Part shown: in pieces, positions 9,716-19,500 of the stretch
Numbering within the stretch: position 1 is the stretch's first letter
Layout of the letters: the number at the start of each line of letters is the position of its first letter
Assembly (NCBI GenBank): GCA_030753015.1
Contig: JASMDC010000009.1
Location: forward strand, 37,758-101,757
DNA: 64,000 nt
Source of the DNA: Candidatus Undinarchaeales archaeon
GTDB taxonomy: Archaea > SpSt-1190 > JASMDC01
Direction: 5' to 3'
Notes under the pieces: model-generated
Databases searched by the model: none
What the model saw: only the letters and a program-made list of their open reading frames with translations
Told to the model about the DNA's origin: nothing
Position numbers and translations under genes: made by a program

Positions 9716-10120
9716 ATGATCTACGCGGAAGCCATTGAACATGGTGATCCACTCCTCCTCGAGAATAACATCGCGGACCTCAAGGTCACCGCACAAGAGT
9801 CCTATTCCATCGGTGGTAGGACCTATGTGCAAGCGGGTGCCGAGTTCTCTTATGCGTCATTGCAGCGATTCTGCCACATGCAGGGTATTGACATACTGGA
9901 CTTCGACGATATGCACGCCGTGGACAAGGCAGGCAATGACCTCTACACTGTCAAGGACCGTGTGTTCGACAAGAACTACGAACTGTGCTCACAGCCCCTT
10001 CACGTAAAGGACGGGCATGCCTACGGGACTGCCGTCACCAAGGACATGATCGAGGCCAATCTCGACCAGGTAGGTGGATGGGAAAACGTAGAGCGTGTCG
10101 AGAACTATTTCATGTACTAG
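9716..10120 (+). CDS. Hypothetical acidic protein
   Basis: 134-aa ORF with genome-like codon use, placed at leaderless distance from TATA and 9 bp before the next gene. Confidence 0.75.
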   Translation: MIYAEAIEHGDPLLLENNIADLKVTAQESYSIGGRTYVQAGAEFSYASLQRFCHMQGIDILDFDDMHAVDKAGNDLYTVKDRVFDKNYELCSQPLHVKDGHAYGTAVTKDMIEANLDQVGGWENVERVENYFMY

Positions 10121-10129
10121 GCTGTAACC

Positions 10130-10954
10130 ATGACCTACACCGACGCTGTTGTATACGCGAATCCCCGGGAGGTACTGGGGTGGGAGCATGATAACACCTA
10201 CGATGCCCTGGTCGACGTGGCCAAGGAGGAGCGATGGGAGGAGCTGAACATCCCCCCTGCCGAGGTCGTGTACTTCCCCAATGGCGTATCCGAGCGTCTC
10301 TCTGACGTGCACTATGTCATAGTCAACGGCCACCACCGCCATAATGCTGCAAAGGAGGCGGGCAAGCCCTTCCCCGTGCTCCCTATCGATGTAGGGGAGG
10401 ACGGGATGGAACGGTACGCATCCCTCGCCCGCGTTGGCGGTTATGATCCTGAACGCAATACCTACACCCTCATGGACCCGAAGGTCCCTGATTGGAACGC
10501 CGACGGCATCCCCACAACCCACTACCTCAAGGAGACCACGGAAGTAAATACGCCCACGGACTGGACGCCATGGTTCAAGATCAAGGCCATGCGCGGGGCC
10601 CGGGTGCTGGATGGCACTGTGGACGAACTGCTGCGCGATCCCGCCTACACACTGGACACCCATCAGGTAGACGCCCTCAAGTTCCAGCTCGGGCGCACGA
10701 CCTACGACCATGCCAAGAGCTCGGAGTCCACCGGCTATGACTACTTCACCGTCGCCTACGCGGGTGATAAAGAGCACCCGGGCTCGTACGAGGAACTCCT
10801 GGCCGACGGAGAGATACGATTCAGCGGTTCCGACGAGGAGCGCACCTACAAGCTCAGTGAGGTTCGCGACACGCCCGTGCGTGAGCTCCTGAAGGCCAGC
10901 CGGCACGATACGGTCCATGAGGTGACCCTGGCAATCGACGTGGACACCTACTGA
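10130..10954 (+). CDS. ParB/sulfiredoxin N-terminal-domain protein (paralogue 2)
   Basis: Colinear similarity to 8638-9459 (GWEHDNTYDALVDVAKE, VHYVIVNGHHRHNAA, WNADGIPT, GDKEHP). Confidence 0.8.
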   Translation: MTYTDAVVYANPREVLGWEHDNTYDALVDVAKEERWEELNIPPAEVVYFPNGVSERLSDVHYVIVNGHHRHNAAKEAGKPFPVLPIDVGEDGMERYASLARVGGYDPERNTYTLMDPKVPDWNADGIPTTHYLKETTEVNTPTDWTPWFKIKAMRGARVLDGTVDELLRDPAYTLDTHQVDALKFQLGRTTYDHAKSSESTGYDYFTVAYAGDKEHPGSYEELLADGEIRFSGSDEERTYKLSEVRDTPVRELLKASRHDTVHEVTLAIDVDTY

Positions 10955-11002
10955 AGGCCCCAAAGACTAGATATAAAAACCGACTCTCGGGCGGGCCGCT
11001 CC

Positions 11003-11911
11003 ATGACAGAGATTGCGGTCGACGAGCTCTATTCACAGTTCAACGCCGGCTACGAGAAGCTGGCTCACGAAATCGAGGTGAAGGGACATCCCGTTCCCGA
11101 TCATACAGAGCGCCAGTTCCGGTTGTGCCTGTACAACGGGGACGTCGCCATAGCAGCGACATTGGGCGCCGACGGCCCTCATCACATCGACATCATGACC
11201 CGTGCCGAGAACATGGCCCGGACGGGCATCCAGCGGCTCTTCCAGGTCTACGCCAATCACAACGCCTTCGAGAAGAGCGATTATGTCCGTGAGCCCTCCC
11301 TGGCGCTCTTCGCCAAGAACCGGGATGCTGGAGACGAACGGTTCTACATCGGGCAGGAATCCCCTCAGCTCAAGCACCACCTCGAGCAGGTCCACATGGC
11401 CTGGCAGGGCCATGAGGGGGACGTACCCTATGGCATGATCCCGAGCACGGCCGCGGCCTTCGATGCAGCGCTCAAGGCCGTCGATGTCGATCCTGCGCGC
11501 CTCGAGAACGAGGAGCGGGACGAGCGGTGGGGTGCTCGGTACAACCTCCAGCGTGGGGATTTCATTCACATCAACAACTTCCTCGACGCACAGGAGAGCG
11601 TCGTTTCCACCGCTCCCGACCTGTACACGCAGCTTATGGGAGAGGACGTGCGTGGTACGTCATCCGTGAAGCTCGTCCAGAGCGACGGCCTGCGGGGAGT
11701 TCACATCGAGCTCTACCGGCCCCGGGATGACGAGGACCAGGTCGTCGGCCGCGAGGCCTTCGAACGGACCGTTGCTGAGCTGGAACGGCTCGACATAGAC
11801 CTCTCGGGTGACTGGGAGGTCACTGTCAGCCCTGACCATTTCGCCTTCAACCAGGAGATCAACCGGTACTTCGAGGGTGCGGATATCCTCAAGGACAGGG
11901 GGGCGGCCTGA
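11003..11911 (+). CDS. Hypothetical acidic protein
   Basis: 302-aa ORF with TATA (ATATAAAA ~10971) upstream; no recognisable family. Confidence 0.75.
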   Translation: MTEIAVDELYSQFNAGYEKLAHEIEVKGHPVPDHTERQFRLCLYNGDVAIAATLGADGPHHIDIMTRAENMARTGIQRLFQVYANHNAFEKSDYVREPSLALFAKNRDAGDERFYIGQESPQLKHHLEQVHMAWQGHEGDVPYGMIPSTAAAFDAALKAVDVDPARLENEERDERWGARYNLQRGDFIHINNFLDAQESVVSTAPDLYTQLMGEDVRGTSSVKLVQSDGLRGVHIELYRPRDDEDQVVGREAFERTVAELERLDIDLSGDWEVTVSPDHFAFNQEINRYFEGADILKDRGAA

Positions 11912-11912
11912 G

Positions 11913-12416
11913 ATGGTGCTCGAACTCTCAATGTCGGATTATACCGATCTCACGAACGAGAACGTCTACACTGCGATCGAGGCGTCCTACCGCCTGGCTG
12001 GAGACGAGCGTGTGATGGTGAAGCTCCCCTACGAGCTCAAGGACGTCGAAGGCGAGCAGGATGTGCTCGATGCTGTGCACGAGCACTTCAGCGAGCGGTA
12101 CGACACCTGGTCGACATTCCTCGAGGAGGAGACGAAGGGTGAGCGGTTCAAGCGCTACGTCACCCACGATATGTGGGTGAAAGAGGACGGTGACTACACA
12201 AAGGGCCTCAGCGCGGGCATGCTCGGGCTCATCACCGTAGCCACCGCCGCGACCCTGCCCTTCAGTCTCGAACTGCTGCCCGCGACGTTGTTCGCCGGAT
12301 TGTTCACCGGCACGGGCGTCTTCAGCTGTTACCAGGGCGCCGCTCAACGGGACCAGAACAAGATGGACTCTTATCATGAGCTTGCTGAGCTGAATATCGA
12401 ATTCGTCTACGGTTAG
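11913..12416 (+). CDS. Hypothetical protein with two C-terminal TM helices
   Basis: ATG 1 bp after the upstream stop; hydrophobic hairpin GLSAGMLGLITVATAATLPF / LFAGLFTGTGVF. Confidence 0.72.
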   Translation: MVLELSMSDYTDLTNENVYTAIEASYRLAGDERVMVKLPYELKDVEGEQDVLDAVHEHFSERYDTWSTFLEEETKGERFKRYVTHDMWVKEDGDYTKGLSAGMLGLITVATAATLPFSLELLPATLFAGLFTGTGVFSCYQGAAQRDQNKMDSYHELAELNIEFVYG

Positions 12417-12419
12417 GTA

Positions 12420-14171
12420 CTAGTGCCCCCGGGGGAACCATACGTCACCGATGACATGATGACCCAGGTATCGTCGGACGATGTTGTCAGGACCGAACCG
12501 ACGGACGATGCAGCGTATGAGGTCGCGGGTCGTACGTGTGGCCCTGGCATGCTCCATTACCAGGAACGAGCATCGGTTACCGGGTGAGATCGAGACATCG
12601 CGGCCGAGCACCTTACCGCCGCTCACGGTGGCCATGTGTAGCGCTTCCCTGTCGGTGAGCCTGCAGCCCCTGGCAAGGAGCTCCATCTCGCGGAACAGGT
12701 TGGGAGAGGACACGAAGCTGTTGTCGGTCCCAAGCCCGACCTGGAGCCCGGCGTCGAGGAGGTCCCTCACGGGTGGGAGCCTATCGGTGAGGGTGAGGTT
12801 GGAGCGTGGGCACACGATGACGGACATCACTGCGTTGGCCGCGCACGTAGCGTGCTTCGGCAGCGCGTGCGTCATATGAACAGCGATGTCGACCCCGAGC
12901 TCAAGGGCATTATCCAGCTGCTCGGGTCGGGGGGCCTCGAGCACGTGGGCGGCCACGGGTTTGTGAGCGCGGTGAGCGGCCGACACCATGTCTGCGTCCA
13001 AGCTGCTCGGGCTCGCGGCTCCCAGACCGTCCGCCTCCATGACGACCGATGCGAGCTCCTCCGGATTGTCGGCACGCCCCAGAAGGATCATATCAAGCGG
13101 TGCATAGGCAATCGCTTCTCGGGCGAGACGGACACCTACCAGCCCGCCCTCGCGGAAGTCCGATGCGACACCGATACCCATCCGGACCATCTCCCATGTG
13201 GTCTGGCGCATGGCGCTTGCAAGCATCCCTGGCGGGGTTTGTGCGAGCAGGCGGTGCTTGAGCCCATTCGGCGGCGCCACGAGCTCCTGGAGCGGGACGC
13301 TCTGGCCGATGTCTAGGAAGGCGCTGTCCCCCAGATGGACGTGGGCGTTGACCATGGACGGGATGATGATGCGGTTCCGCCGGTCACCGGCCACGGGACC
13401 CTCCTCGATCGATTTGATGACACCATCGCGAACCACAACGGCACCCTCCACGGGCTCAAGCTCGGGCCCTACGAGGGCGACACCCTCCTCGATAAGGTCC
13501 TGGGCAGGGACCTGTGCACAGAGGCCCTCGACCATGGATGAGAACCATGCCTCACCCTTGGCAAAAGTGGCATGACGTGGATCCCCCATGACGCCTGTGT
13601 TGGACCGGGCGAGGTTCAGACCCCCGTGCGGGCGAGGGCCCGTGGTAAATGTGTCCCACTGGGGCGGTGCTGGTTCCACGACCACGGTGCTCGGGTCCGA
13701 GCCGAAAAGGAAGGCGGCCAGTGATCCCTCGAACTCACCGGCGTGGCAGCACCCGCCCGGCGAGGAGTCCCGCATCGAGTTCACCAGGTCGCGGTCCACT
13801 AGGTGCCATGTGTGGAGGACCGTCACCCCTTGAAGCCCCTCCACTGCCTGTTTGTTCCCCCCGTGTCCGTTGATGACGAATATCTGGCCTTCCAGTGAGC
13901 CCACAAGGTCCTGAATATAGGTGTGAAGCGACTCCGCCGATACTGAGACAGTCCCCGGCCTGGCACTATGCTCGTGGCTGTCGCCCACTCCCACCAATGG
14001 AAGGACCAGCGCTCCTGTGCGGTCGGCTACAGCCGCCACTAGGCGCTGGGCCACCATCGCGTCCGTGCCCAAGGGGAGATCGGGGCCATGGCCCTCCAGC
14101 GAACCCACAGGGACCAGGATAGGGCGGACCACGTATCCAGCGCGGGGTGATGCCTCCTCCGAGGCGTACAT
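12420..14171 (-). CDS. Fusion: creatininase/ArfB-like amidohydrolase plus metal-dependent amidohydrolase (deaminase-like)
   Basis: N-terminal ~225 aa: PVGSLEGHGPDLPLGTD, SHEH, NGHGGN, HAGEFE, GVMGDP (creatininase family). C-terminal: PSMVNAHVHLGD, DFREGG, HVLE, VHMTH, CPRSN, GLGTDN (amidohydrolase). Confidence 0.85.
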   Translation of the reverse strand: MYASEEASPRAGYVVRPILVPVGSLEGHGPDLPLGTDAMVAQRLVAAVADRTGALVLPLVGVGDSHEHSARPGTVSVSAESLHTYIQDLVGSLEGQIFVINGHGGNKQAVEGLQGVTVLHTWHLVDRDLVNSMRDSSPGGCCHAGEFEGSLAAFLFGSDPSTVVVEPAPPQWDTFTTGPRPHGGLNLARSNTGVMGDPRHATFAKGEAWFSSMVEGLCAQVPAQDLIEEGVALVGPELEPVEGAVVVRDGVIKSIEEGPVAGDRRNRIIIPSMVNAHVHLGDSAFLDIGQSVPLQELVAPPNGLKHRLLAQTPPGMLASAMRQTTWEMVRMGIGVASDFREGGLVGVRLAREAIAYAPLDMILLGRADNPEELASVVMEADGLGAASPSSLDADMVSAAHRAHKPVAAHVLEAPRPEQLDNALELGVDIAVHMTHALPKHATCAANAVMSVIVCPRSNLTLTDRLPPVRDLLDAGLQVGLGTDNSFVSSPNLFREMELLARGCRLTDREALHMATVSGGKVLGRDVSISPGNRCSFLVMEHARATRTTRDLIRCIVRRFGPDNIVRRYLGHHVIGDVWFPRGH

Positions 14172-14199
14172 GACTAGTGTATACCCGTCTTTGTTCCAT

Positions 14200-14263
14200 T
14201 ATAAAGCTTGCATGGCCGGGACCGCGTTCGACGGGGGCACATCTCTATATAAAGCTTGCATGG
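14200..14263. promoter_or_regulatory. Divergent promoter region with two perfect copies of TATAAAGCTTGCATGG
   Basis: 16-mer at 14200-14215 and 14248-14263, between divergent starts at 14171 and 14283. Confidence 0.55.
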
Positions 14264-14282
14264 AAGGCCAACGCGGGGCTTT

Positions 14283-16553
14283 ATGGACTCAGTTAAGGCG
14301 CGGGCGATGGGGATATTCCTCTATTCTTTCGGCGCCCTTGTGTACGAGATCGCTCTGATCATGCTCCTACCCCTCTTTACTGGATTCCTGTTCTTCGACC
14401 GGTCCGCCTCGCTCATGGCGGTGGCCTGCTTCTTCATCGGCTCCGGTATCGGGGCCGTCATGGCCGCGCGACTGGGCGACCGTTACCTCGATACTGCCGT
14501 CTATGCACAGATCTCCTGCGTGCTCCTCCTTCCACTCCTGGTCCCTTTCTTTATTTCGAGCGTCCCTGGTCCCTCCTGCCTCCTTTCAAGCGAATGCATT
14601 GGTTTGTGGGTAACGCACGTGAGCGGGGACGCGCGGATATCCAACGCCATTTGGGGCGAGGCTCCTCCGAGCACATCGGGCCCGTTCACGAATGTTATAT
14701 TTGGGATGGATTGGGTGCTGGTCCTGGTCGCGCTCCCCTTCATCAGTGTCGGCTATGTGATATCCCGCGTATTGGGGAGAGCGTTGGGCGACGGGGAACT
14801 TACGAGCGTGTACGCCTGGGACCTGGCAGGTGCCTGTTTCGGGGCCGCCCTGTGCGGCTACCTGATGATCCCCAAGCTCGGGATGGAGCTCACCCTCCTG
14901 GTGAGCCTTGCTGCGACCCTGGCCGGCGCCGCTCTCCTGGGGATCGTACGACCTCGCCCCCTACCCGCCCTGATATGCCTCCTGCTGACCGCTAACCTCA
15001 TTAACATCGGCATCGAGCCAGGTATTGCTCGAGGATGCCTCGATGAGGGGGACGAGCTCCTCTTCCGTGGCTGGTCCCCCCTCCAGCGGATATCCCTCAT
15101 CCGTTCGCAGAACACGCACTGGTTCTGCTTCAATGGCGTCCGCTACAGCCTTGTGGCACGCGCGGGGCCCGATAATTCCACGCTCACCGAGCTCGGGCGG
15201 CTCGTCTTCAAGGATCTGCGTCCGCGCACCGTACTGGTGGTAGGTCCCGGCGGGGGGTACAAGGACGTATACCAGGCCACGCTCGCGCATGCAGCGGACC
15301 CTGACGTGGCCGCTGCAGTGACCGCGGTCGAGGTGGAGCCGCTCATGGTATCAACCCTCACGGGCGCGTTCTCCCATGTCAATGATGGACTCTATCTCTC
15401 CCCTGGTGTCACCGCGATCAATGATGACGGTCGTTCTTTCCTGGAACGACCGGGGGACACCTATGACCTTGTCCTGTTCTCCAAGGTCACGGACCTGGCC
15501 ACGTTCCGTTCCTATGTGCTCTCCGAGAACCGCATGTTCTCTTTCGAAGGCATCCGCAGTACACTGGGCAGGCTCGCTCCTGACGGGTCCGTCGTGGTAG
15601 TTCTCACCTCTCGGCACGAAGCCCAGGCAAGGCGGCTCGTCGCCACGGGCAGGGAACTGACAAGCGAGCTTTTCCCCGGCGGGCGCTGGCAGGACCACGT
15701 CAGGCTCCTGCGGCTCCCGAGCGGGGACACACTAGGTGATGACCTTATTATCGTCATATCCATGAGCCCCACCGCTCTGGGCGTCCTGGACGAAGTTGCA
15801 GTGCCCGAGACGGAGATGGTCGCATGGACCGCCGACACCCTGCCCCTGTCCATGGACCGGCCATTCGCCTACAACGATCCCGTGGACAACATCCCATCGG
15901 GGCTCCAGAAGCTTTCGGCCGGCGCAGTTGCTGTGATCCTGCTCTTCTTGGTAGCAGCGGGACATCTACTGGCCCCGCGGACTAGACGACGGGGCCGTGC
16001 GTTACGAGCGCTTTTGGTATTCCTCCTGATGGGATGCTGGTCCATGACCTTCCAGGGCCTCTATCTCGCGAAAGCGGGAGAGGTCGTCGGTGTATCGCTG
16101 GCAGCAAAGACCACCGTCATCACTGCGTTCCTCCTCTTCGGAGGCATTGGGAGCCTGCTGGTATCTCGTACCCTCCCGTACCTGCACCTCCTTATCGCCC
16201 TTATGCCCATCGTGAACGTCCTTGTACAGTCCCTACTCCCGTATGCAATCACTCCGCTCATGGGACTTCCGTCCCAACTGGCCACATTGGCACTGTTCAT
16301 CCTTCCACTTGCCCTGGTCAACGGGATGGTGTTCCCCGGAGCTCTCCTGCTCGCGCGTCGGCTCGAGCCCGAGGTGGATGCTCCGTGGGGGTACGCTGCG
16401 GATGTCGCCGGTGCCGTCCTGGGTGTGTTCATGGCCGTCGTGCTGCCCATAACCTACGGCTACGGCGCCACCCTGCGCTGGTTCCCATTCGTGGCCCTGG
16501 TCCCCGCAGCGCTCCTCTACGGACTGGATGTCGGGAAAACAGGGAGAGAATAA
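14283..16553 (+). CDS. Multi-TM membrane protein with central spermidine-synthase-like SAM-binding domain
   Basis: ALVYEI, YAWDLAGACFGA, VLVVGPGGG, VTAVEVEP, DDGRSFLE..DTYDLV motifs, with TM blocks on both sides. Confidence 0.82.
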   Translation: MDSVKARAMGIFLYSFGALVYEIALIMLLPLFTGFLFFDRSASLMAVACFFIGSGIGAVMAARLGDRYLDTAVYAQISCVLLLPLLVPFFISSVPGPSCLLSSECIGLWVTHVSGDARISNAIWGEAPPSTSGPFTNVIFGMDWVLVLVALPFISVGYVISRVLGRALGDGELTSVYAWDLAGACFGAALCGYLMIPKLGMELTLLVSLAATLAGAALLGIVRPRPLPALICLLLTANLINIGIEPGIARGCLDEGDELLFRGWSPLQRISLIRSQNTHWFCFNGVRYSLVARAGPDNSTLTELGRLVFKDLRPRTVLVVGPGGGYKDVYQATLAHAADPDVAAAVTAVEVEPLMVSTLTGAFSHVNDGLYLSPGVTAINDDGRSFLERPGDTYDLVLFSKVTDLATFRSYVLSENRMFSFEGIRSTLGRLAPDGSVVVVLTSRHEAQARRLVATGRELTSELFPGGRWQDHVRLLRLPSGDTLGDDLIIVISMSPTALGVLDEVAVPETEMVAWTADTLPLSMDRPFAYNDPVDNIPSGLQKLSAGAVAVILLFLVAAGHLLAPRTRRRGRALRALLVFLLMGCWSMTFQGLYLAKAGEVVGVSLAAKTTVITAFLLFGGIGSLLVSRTLPYLHLLIALMPIVNVLVQSLLPYAITPLMGLPSQLATLALFILPLALVNGMVFPGALLLARRLEPEVDAPWGYAADVAGAVLGVFMAVVLPITYGYGATLRWFPFVALVPAALLYGLDVGKTGRE

Positions 16554-16557
16554 TTAC

Positions 16558-19500
16558 CTACCACACGGTTATCTCGACGCTGACGAGCTCCTCCTCGTCC
16601 TCGTTGACCTCCATGATGGCGAAACGCTTGACCAGCTCCACGTCCCGCCCCAGGGCCGGCAGGCGCACGTAGTAGTCGAGGATCTCGAGCAGCTGGATGC
16701 GGCGGATGATCACCGGGATCTCCAGTGCCTTGACCTTGCCCCCGATCGTGCACCGGTCATCGTTCTGGTCCCGCACGTAGATCTCCAGCTTGGACGTATG
16801 GGTGCTCTGGAGCCCCGGTGGGTTGAGGATGATGTTGAAGGTGACCTCCTGGAGCGCATCGAGCGTGGGTGGTGGGACGGGGTAGAGCTGTGCCCAGTGT
16901 CGAAGGGACGGGCCGGTCTTGATCGTCAGGCTCGTGAGCCCGCCGAGGTTCTTGATGCGGAGGTCGACAGAGCAGGGCGTGGCATCGATGGATACGCACT
17001 CCAGCACCGATGGATGGTACTCGAGCTTCGACTTGCCCTTCATGCGCACGAGCACCGTATTGTTAGCATGCTTCACACCGGACGCGACCGAGGCGCGCAG
17101 GGACCATGCCTTCCGCGAGTCCTCACAGCGGTCGGTGTCAGTGCCCTTGTTGTACAGCGGCTTGCAGTTCTTGTCCTTGGTGAGGTTGAAGTGACCCGTG
17201 GCGTTGGTGTTCACCTTGCAGTTGTTGGAGGACTGTACGATGTTCCCGAACTCGTCGAGCACCGAGATCTTGACCTCACTGAGCGGGAAGTTGCTCTCGC
17301 CCCAGATCTCCATGGCGGCCTGCCCGTCAATGACCTCGCCGTTCTTATGCGAAGTGATGAGGACGCGGGGCGTCTCCCCCACCGTGAAGGTGTGGAGCGC
17401 GAGGTAGGACTGGCCGTTGGGCATGACCTTGCCCTCGTTGGGATCACCTTCGGGGAACACGTCCTCGGCCCAAAGCTCGACGTGGTAGTCTCCGTAGGCC
17501 AGGGTAGTATTGATACCGAAGGAGCGCTTGAACGTACGTCCGACCTTGACGATGTTGTCCCTGTCGTACACGACAACGGGATCGTTGCCCTTGGCCTTGA
17601 GTCCGATGGAGCCCTTGCCCGGGACGACCATGGTGACGTCGGCGCCCGACCGGGTGAAGGTTATCCCCGTCCCGGAGCTATTGGCCACCGTGAGCTTGGA
17701 ATCATCACCGTTCTTGACGAACGTTACGATGTCGAGGACCTTCTCGTCGTCGTTCACCTCGAGCTTCCAGTCGTTTACGACTGTCGTGGCACCGAGGGAG
17801 ATGTCCATGAGGATATCGTCCCCGCTGCGCGTGAGGGTGGCCTTGTTCCCTGCGTGGGTTAGAGTGACGACGTTCCCGTTGACCGTGATGGGCCCCACGC
17901 CCACCCAGTCCCTTTGCTCATGCCAGTACCGCAGATACTCACGCAGCCCCCACTGGTCGTCGCTGTTGATCTCGCCCAGCTTGCCCCAACCGAAGAGAAC
18001 CCGCCGCTGGATCCATTCGACCCCGCGAAAGATGACGAGGTACCTGCGAAGGTCGAGCTCGTCCTCACCGGGCACCTCCGACCACCTGAACAGCTCAGAA
18101 CCCACGTTCAGGGAGTAGCGGATGGTATCGTTGTCCAAGTTGTCGCACCTCCAAGTGAGGTCAGGGTTGAGCTCGGTGGTGACGTTGGGAGCGATGTTAT
18201 AGGGTGTGCCGGGCGCATCGTTGGCGCACTTGAAGATGGCGTCGGTGACCGTCGAGATGCCGCCGTGCGGGTCCTCGCTGTAGAGCCGGACGAAGTAGTC
18301 CGTGTCGAAGGTGAGGGTGGACGTGATGTCATAGGATGTGCCGGTGGTCTTCTTGTCGTTGACGACGTCCGATCCGTATAGAGCGGATCCGACGAAGACG
18401 TGGTACGTGAGGGCGTCACCGTCATAGTCGAAACCCTTGGTCCATTCGATGGTGGTCGAGGTGTCATGGGTGAGCTCCGGCTTCAGGTTCGTGGGAGCGT
18501 GAGGATTGGCGTTCACGCACCCATCGATCATCACGGCATCGATGCTGCTCCAAGCCTGGTCGGCCTCGTCGCTCACGGCCTTCAGATCGATGCGGACCTT
18601 ATCGACCTTGGACTGCGTGCGCGATATGCTGGGGCTCCAGTACGGGCGCTGCTTGGTGTTGTCCTTGCAGTAATCGACGTGGTCCTTGTCCGAGAACCGT
18701 TCCCACTTGTCGTCCCCCCAGGCAGCGTCCCACACCTTGTTGGCGCTGTCGGCATACCACTTGGGATCGGTGCTATCTATGGGATGGACGGTGATGTTCG
18801 AGATGCGACCCGGCTCGTAGTCGAGCACGAGCACGATGCGGTCCAGGTACACGGGGATGGTGTAGGTGAGCTCGAGCCAATCATGGTCCTTGCGGGTCGA
18901 GGGGCGCCACTCCATGTTCGCCTTGGGATCGCAGTTTGACGGATCTGGTGGGGAGGAATCCCATTCAAGTGGTTCCCCTGAGGCCGCCGACGCCTTGTGG
19001 CTGGCCTTGTTGGTGGACGACGTGGCGCTCGCTGCCCACTGATCCGTGGTCGCCGAGCACCAAGGGACACCCTCGTACATGCAGGTGTGATCGAAGGTAA
19101 GGCCTTTTGCGTTGCGATTCGCACCGGCGTTCTTACAGTCACCCGTCTCGACCTGGTATCGTAACCGCTGGGTCTTCTCAGGCAGGTCCCACGTCTCCTT
19201 GAGGAACACCTGACCGGTCCCCGAGAGGCTCGCCCACTCGCCCGTGTGCTTGCCAAGTGTGCTCCCTCCACCGTCGTACGCGAACAGTACGAGGCGAGCA
19301 TCGTCATCAGCGCAGTCCTTGTCCGCGGGCTTTACGGTGATACCGTTGACCCACAGCTGGGCGATGGCCTGGTAGCCCTCGATGGTGGAGGGTACAGCCA
19401 CGTCCTGATGGAAGAGGTCCGCGTATATCCCGTCGGCCTTCTGCTGGACGCACTTGGAGCCATCATAGCACACAGAACCGCTCGCGGTCTGGACGACGGT

